From Piromyces finnis finn (lineage: Eukaryota; Fungi; Neocallimastigomycota), in the NCBI GenBank assembly GCA_002104945.1, contig MCFH01000006.1:868001-932000 (forward strand): a stretch of DNA of 64,000 nucleotides, given 5' to 3'. The notes under the pieces were generated by a model. That model ran no database searches. It worked only from the letters and a program-made list of their open reading frames with translations, and was not told the origin of the DNA. This document shows, one piece after another, positions 60,147-64,000 of this stretch (the first letter of the stretch is position 1; every line of letters begins with the position of its first letter). A program made the position numbers and the translations under genes.

Positions 60147-60673
60147 TAATGTAAAAATCGTGCTAAGATATTAAAAGATTAGCATGCTCCTTATTATTTA
60201 TCAAACATTTAGAAAACTCCCCATATTCAGATTTGTTAGCACCATCATTGTGGGATGATATTGAAGCTCAATTCAAGAGAGATTTCTGTTCAATTTATGG
60301 TTTCTCTTCAGAAAGTCCACTATATACAGCTGTAATGGTTGGTGCTTCTTCAATTCCACCATTAATTAAAGTTGATACTATTTTAAAGGTTAAAAAGAAT
60401 CTTGATTGGTCTGCCAATTCAGAACTCCCAGTAGAAATACCACTCTTAGATTCACAAAGATATCATTCCGTTTTTTCCTGTCCTGTTAGTAAAGAACAAG
60501 TTGATTGCAATGGTAAGGATAATTATCCAACAATGTTATTATGTGGTCATATTATTAGTAAAGAAAGTTTACTTGGATTATGTAAAGGAAATAATATTTA
60601 TAAACATAAATTTAAGTGCCCATATTGTCCTACAGAAAGTATTGAAGCTCAAGCAAGACGTGTATATTTCTAA
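59351..60673 (+). CDS. RMD5: GID/CTLH complex RING E3 subunit (Rmd5/RMND5), exons 59351-60002 and 60168-60673, about 385 aa
   Basis: LisH/CTLH/CRA region (HFVREGQFELAEIF, NLEFELHKLQYI); RING YHSVFSCPVSKEQ...PTMLLCGHII...FKCPYCP. Confidence 0.92.
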
Positions 60674-61019
60674 CTTAAATTTAAATATATAAGATATAAA
60701 ATATATAATTATTAAAAATATATTCCCATTATGAATTCTAAATTATTAGTAAAAATATAAAGTAAAAGTTTTATTTATATTAATATATATTTTTAAAAAA
60801 TAATAATTGTATAAATATCAATATTAAAAATTTGTGAAATAAAACTTTTAATGTATTATTATTTCAATTTATTAAATATTTATTAATTAACAAATCCTTA
60901 TAATTAAAATAAAAATTATATATTATGAAAAAAAAAAAAAAAAAAGTATTAATAATATTAACATTTACATGTAATATAAGCAAATTCAAAAATATATAAT
61001 TCAAATTAAGATACCCATG

Positions 61020-61021
61020 AA

Positions 61022-61088
<67 letters not shown>

Positions 61089-61090
61089 AA
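61020..61090. repeat. (AAAT)n microsatellite between the RMD5 and DLD 3' ends
   Basis: About 17 perfect AAAT units. Confidence 0.95.
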
Positions 61091-61287
61091 CTAAAATGAA
61101 TATACTTTCATAAAAGTTCAATAATAAAACATGATTAATAAATTCTAATAAATAAATATTATATTTACTTTTTTATTTTTTGTTTTTATAATTGCATTAT
61201 ATAAAATACATTTTATTTTATTTATTTATATAAATATTGTAATATTTATGTTATTTTCTTAATTGTATATTATTTAATAAAATAATC

Positions 61288-63165
61288 TTAATTTTTGATA
61301 TCAGAAAGCTTAGTAATCATCTTTTTTGGAAGATATTTGTATGGGTTCATGATATTGTTTGGATCTAATAAATTTTTAATATTTTGCATGATATCAATCA
61401 TAACACTTGATTTTGAATATCCCAAGTATGCACCTTTCATTAATCCTAAACCATGTTCACCAGATATAACACCATTGTGTTCTTGAGTCCATTCATAAAT
61501 ATATGGTTCAATAAGATCAGTAATTTTTTTAGAGTAATTTTTGCATGAAATATTAAGATGGATATTACCGTCACCAATGTGACCATAAGCGGCTACATTA
61601 AAAACTTCTGATGTTTCATCACCTGGTCTATAAACATTAGCTTCCATAAGACGCTTTCTCATATCAACTGCAACATTATAAAGTGTAGCCATTGGAATAG
61701 AAAGATCATACTTGAAAACAGCACCATTCATAGAGCAAGCAACTGGAACACTTTCACGCATAACCCAGAAGGAACGAGTTTGTTTATCATCTTTAGAAAC
61801 ATAACCTTCTTGGACGACATTTAATTTTTTAATAGTATCTAAAAATGCATTAAGTTTGGCATCATCATGTTCTCTATTAGAACCATGAGTTTCAATAAGA
61901 ATATAAAACTCATTTGCTTGCTTGAGTGGTGCAGTCATGTTCATATGTTTCTTAACTAATGAATAAGCATGCTCATCGAAAAATTCAAATGCAGAAATAA
62001 TTTCTTGTAATTCTTCTTTTGCTTTTTTGTAGATAACTTGAACATTTTCCCAACTATTAGTTGAAAGTAAAACAGCATTGATAGCTTTTGGTTTTCTTGG
62101 TGTTGAAATGGCGACATTTGTAACAATCCCTAAAGTTCCTTCAGCACCAATGAAAAGTTGTTTAATATCATAACCAGTACTGTCTTTTCTTAATCTAGAA
62201 AGGTTTTCAATGATTTGACCGTTTGGTAAGACAACTTCTAAACCTAAAACATTACTGTGAAGTGAACCATAACGAAGATATCTTAATCCACCTGCATTAC
62301 TTGAAACATTACCACCAATACAACAATATTTTTTTGATCCCATATCTAATGGGATCATAAAGCCACGTTCAGATGCATAAGCTTCTAAATCAGCAAGAAC
62401 ACACCCAGCATTGCAAATTAATACACCAGACATATCATCAAAATCAATGATTTTGTTCATTGCTTTTGTACTAATGATAATTTCATCAAAAACTGGAACA
62501 GAACCTTTTATTATTATTTAATTTCATATATTTTATTTATTTCAATTTAATATTTATGCATTTTAAAATTAATTAAATTTATAAATAAAAATATTTATAA
62601 TTATATAATTAAAAAAAAATTATTTAGAGTTTAGTGAAATACTTACCCCCAACAAGACCAGAATTACCACTTTGAGGAACAACAGCTAATTTATTATCAT
62701 TACAATATTTTAAACATTTTGAAACTTCTTCTGTACAAGTTGGTAATAATACTAATTGGGATTGACCTCTGTATTTTTTCCTTTATTTTTTTTGTAAAAA
62801 AAGATTTAAAAATAAAATAATATAAAAGAATGAATAATCTTTTATTATTTTTTTTTTTTAAAAAACAACAACAACTATTTATTAGAAATGAATAAATAAA
62901 TAAATAAATAAAGAAAAAAAAAATATAGGTATTTGAAAAATTTATTAAATCATTATAAATACTTAAATATTTACATCCAATCAACATTAAATTTTAACAA
63001 TTCTTTTTCAGAATCATCAAAAGAGCAAATTACATTTTCTTTAGGAAGAATGGATTTAAAATAATTTACATGTTCTTCTGTTAAACGATTATACTTTTCA
63101 TCTCTTTTTAAATAAGAGTAATGGTCTGCAGTACATTCTATATCTTCTAAATCCTTTGTAGACAT
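61288..63165 (-). CDS. DLD2: FAD-linked D-2-hydroxyglutarate/D-lactate dehydrogenase (DLD2/DLD3/D2HGDH family), exons 63165-62975, 62780-62647, 62504-61288, about 513 aa
   Basis: [95 protein letters not shown]. Confidence 0.93.
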
Positions 63166-63566
63166 TATTAATACTACTTTATTTTAATTTTGTTATATTA
63201 ATTTTAAATATATATATCTCACAAAAATTTTGATTTTTTAAAATCAATCCATTTTAAACATAATTGGTTGAATATTAATATATTTTAAAATATTATATTT
63301 TAAAATTTTTATATTTATTTTATGATTTTTTAATATTATAAATAATATACATATTTTTTATATAATTAAAATTGAATATACAATTCTTAATAGAATACAT
63401 TGTTTTATTAAAATTTAAAGATTAAAATGGTATTATATTATTGAAATTATTAACTATTTATATATAATAATAAGTGTTTTAACATGCATATTACTTATAT
63501 TTTTTGAATTGAAAACTATAAGTAATATTTTAGTTTTTATAGGTATAATATACTTTTTTATATTAT

Positions 63567-64000
63567 TTATTTACAAGTTTTTAAAGCCCATTCCATTCCT
63601 TCTTGAATACCATCACCATTCATAGCAGAACAGGCTTGAATTTGCCATTGTCTGTCACGAATAGCATGTAAATTTAATCCAAATGCGATCTAATATATAT
63701 AAATATAAAAATTACATTATCATAAGAATTATATAAATTAAATGACGAAATTTTCTAATATATATCATGTTATAAGTTTTTACTTCTGAAGCTGGTAAAG
63801 CTGTTGATAAATCTTGCTTATTAGCAAATACCAAGACTGGAACACCTGCTAATTTATTTTCTTCTAATAATGTGTTGAATTCAATACCGCTAATATATTA
63901 AAAATATTTCATTCAAAATTTTATTTTTATATCAAGTATTATTTATTATAACAAATTATATAATAATATTTACGTTTCTTCTATTCTTATTCTATCAGCA
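63567..64000 (-). CDS. ARL3: ADP-ribosylation factor-like GTPase (ARL3-like), 3' exons only; gene runs off the window
   Basis: Exons 64000-63974, 63889-63784 and 63689-63567 give [78 protein letters not shown]. Confidence 0.85.

Overview
Very AT-rich, intron-containing eukaryotic DNA. Composition, gene content and GT-AG introns point to an anaerobic gut fungus (Neocallimastigomycota); this is inference. Host genes are PanB/ECM31, histone H2A, UFD2, a PCL5-like Pho85 cyclin, a five-TM DUF229 protein, RMD5/GID2, a DLD2/DLD3-type FAD dehydrogenase and the 3' end of an ARL3-like GTPase. Six secreted ICME-like alpha/beta-hydrolase paralogues form two arrays: 2 intronless on +, and 4 with one shared intron on -. 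Mobile DNA includes an intact, apparently very young Ty1/copia element (235-bp LTRs with no differences seen, AAATT TSD) 155 bp upstream of panB, a diverged solo LTR of that family, and four truncated copies of one non-LTR retrotransposon. The most striking signal is the copia primer-binding site. It has no TGG/CCA match and instead matches the D-stem and anticodon arm of tRNA-Lys(CUU), suggesting priming by a cleaved tRNA-Lys 5' half. Other leads are the esterase array (variant catalytic motifs, a conversion tract, a recurrent GTWACAC upstream motif), a LINE inserted in a 90-bp minisatellite with a ~31-bp TSD and structured 3' end, and uORFs ahead of the cyclin. Exon structures were read by hand; no alignment or database search was run.
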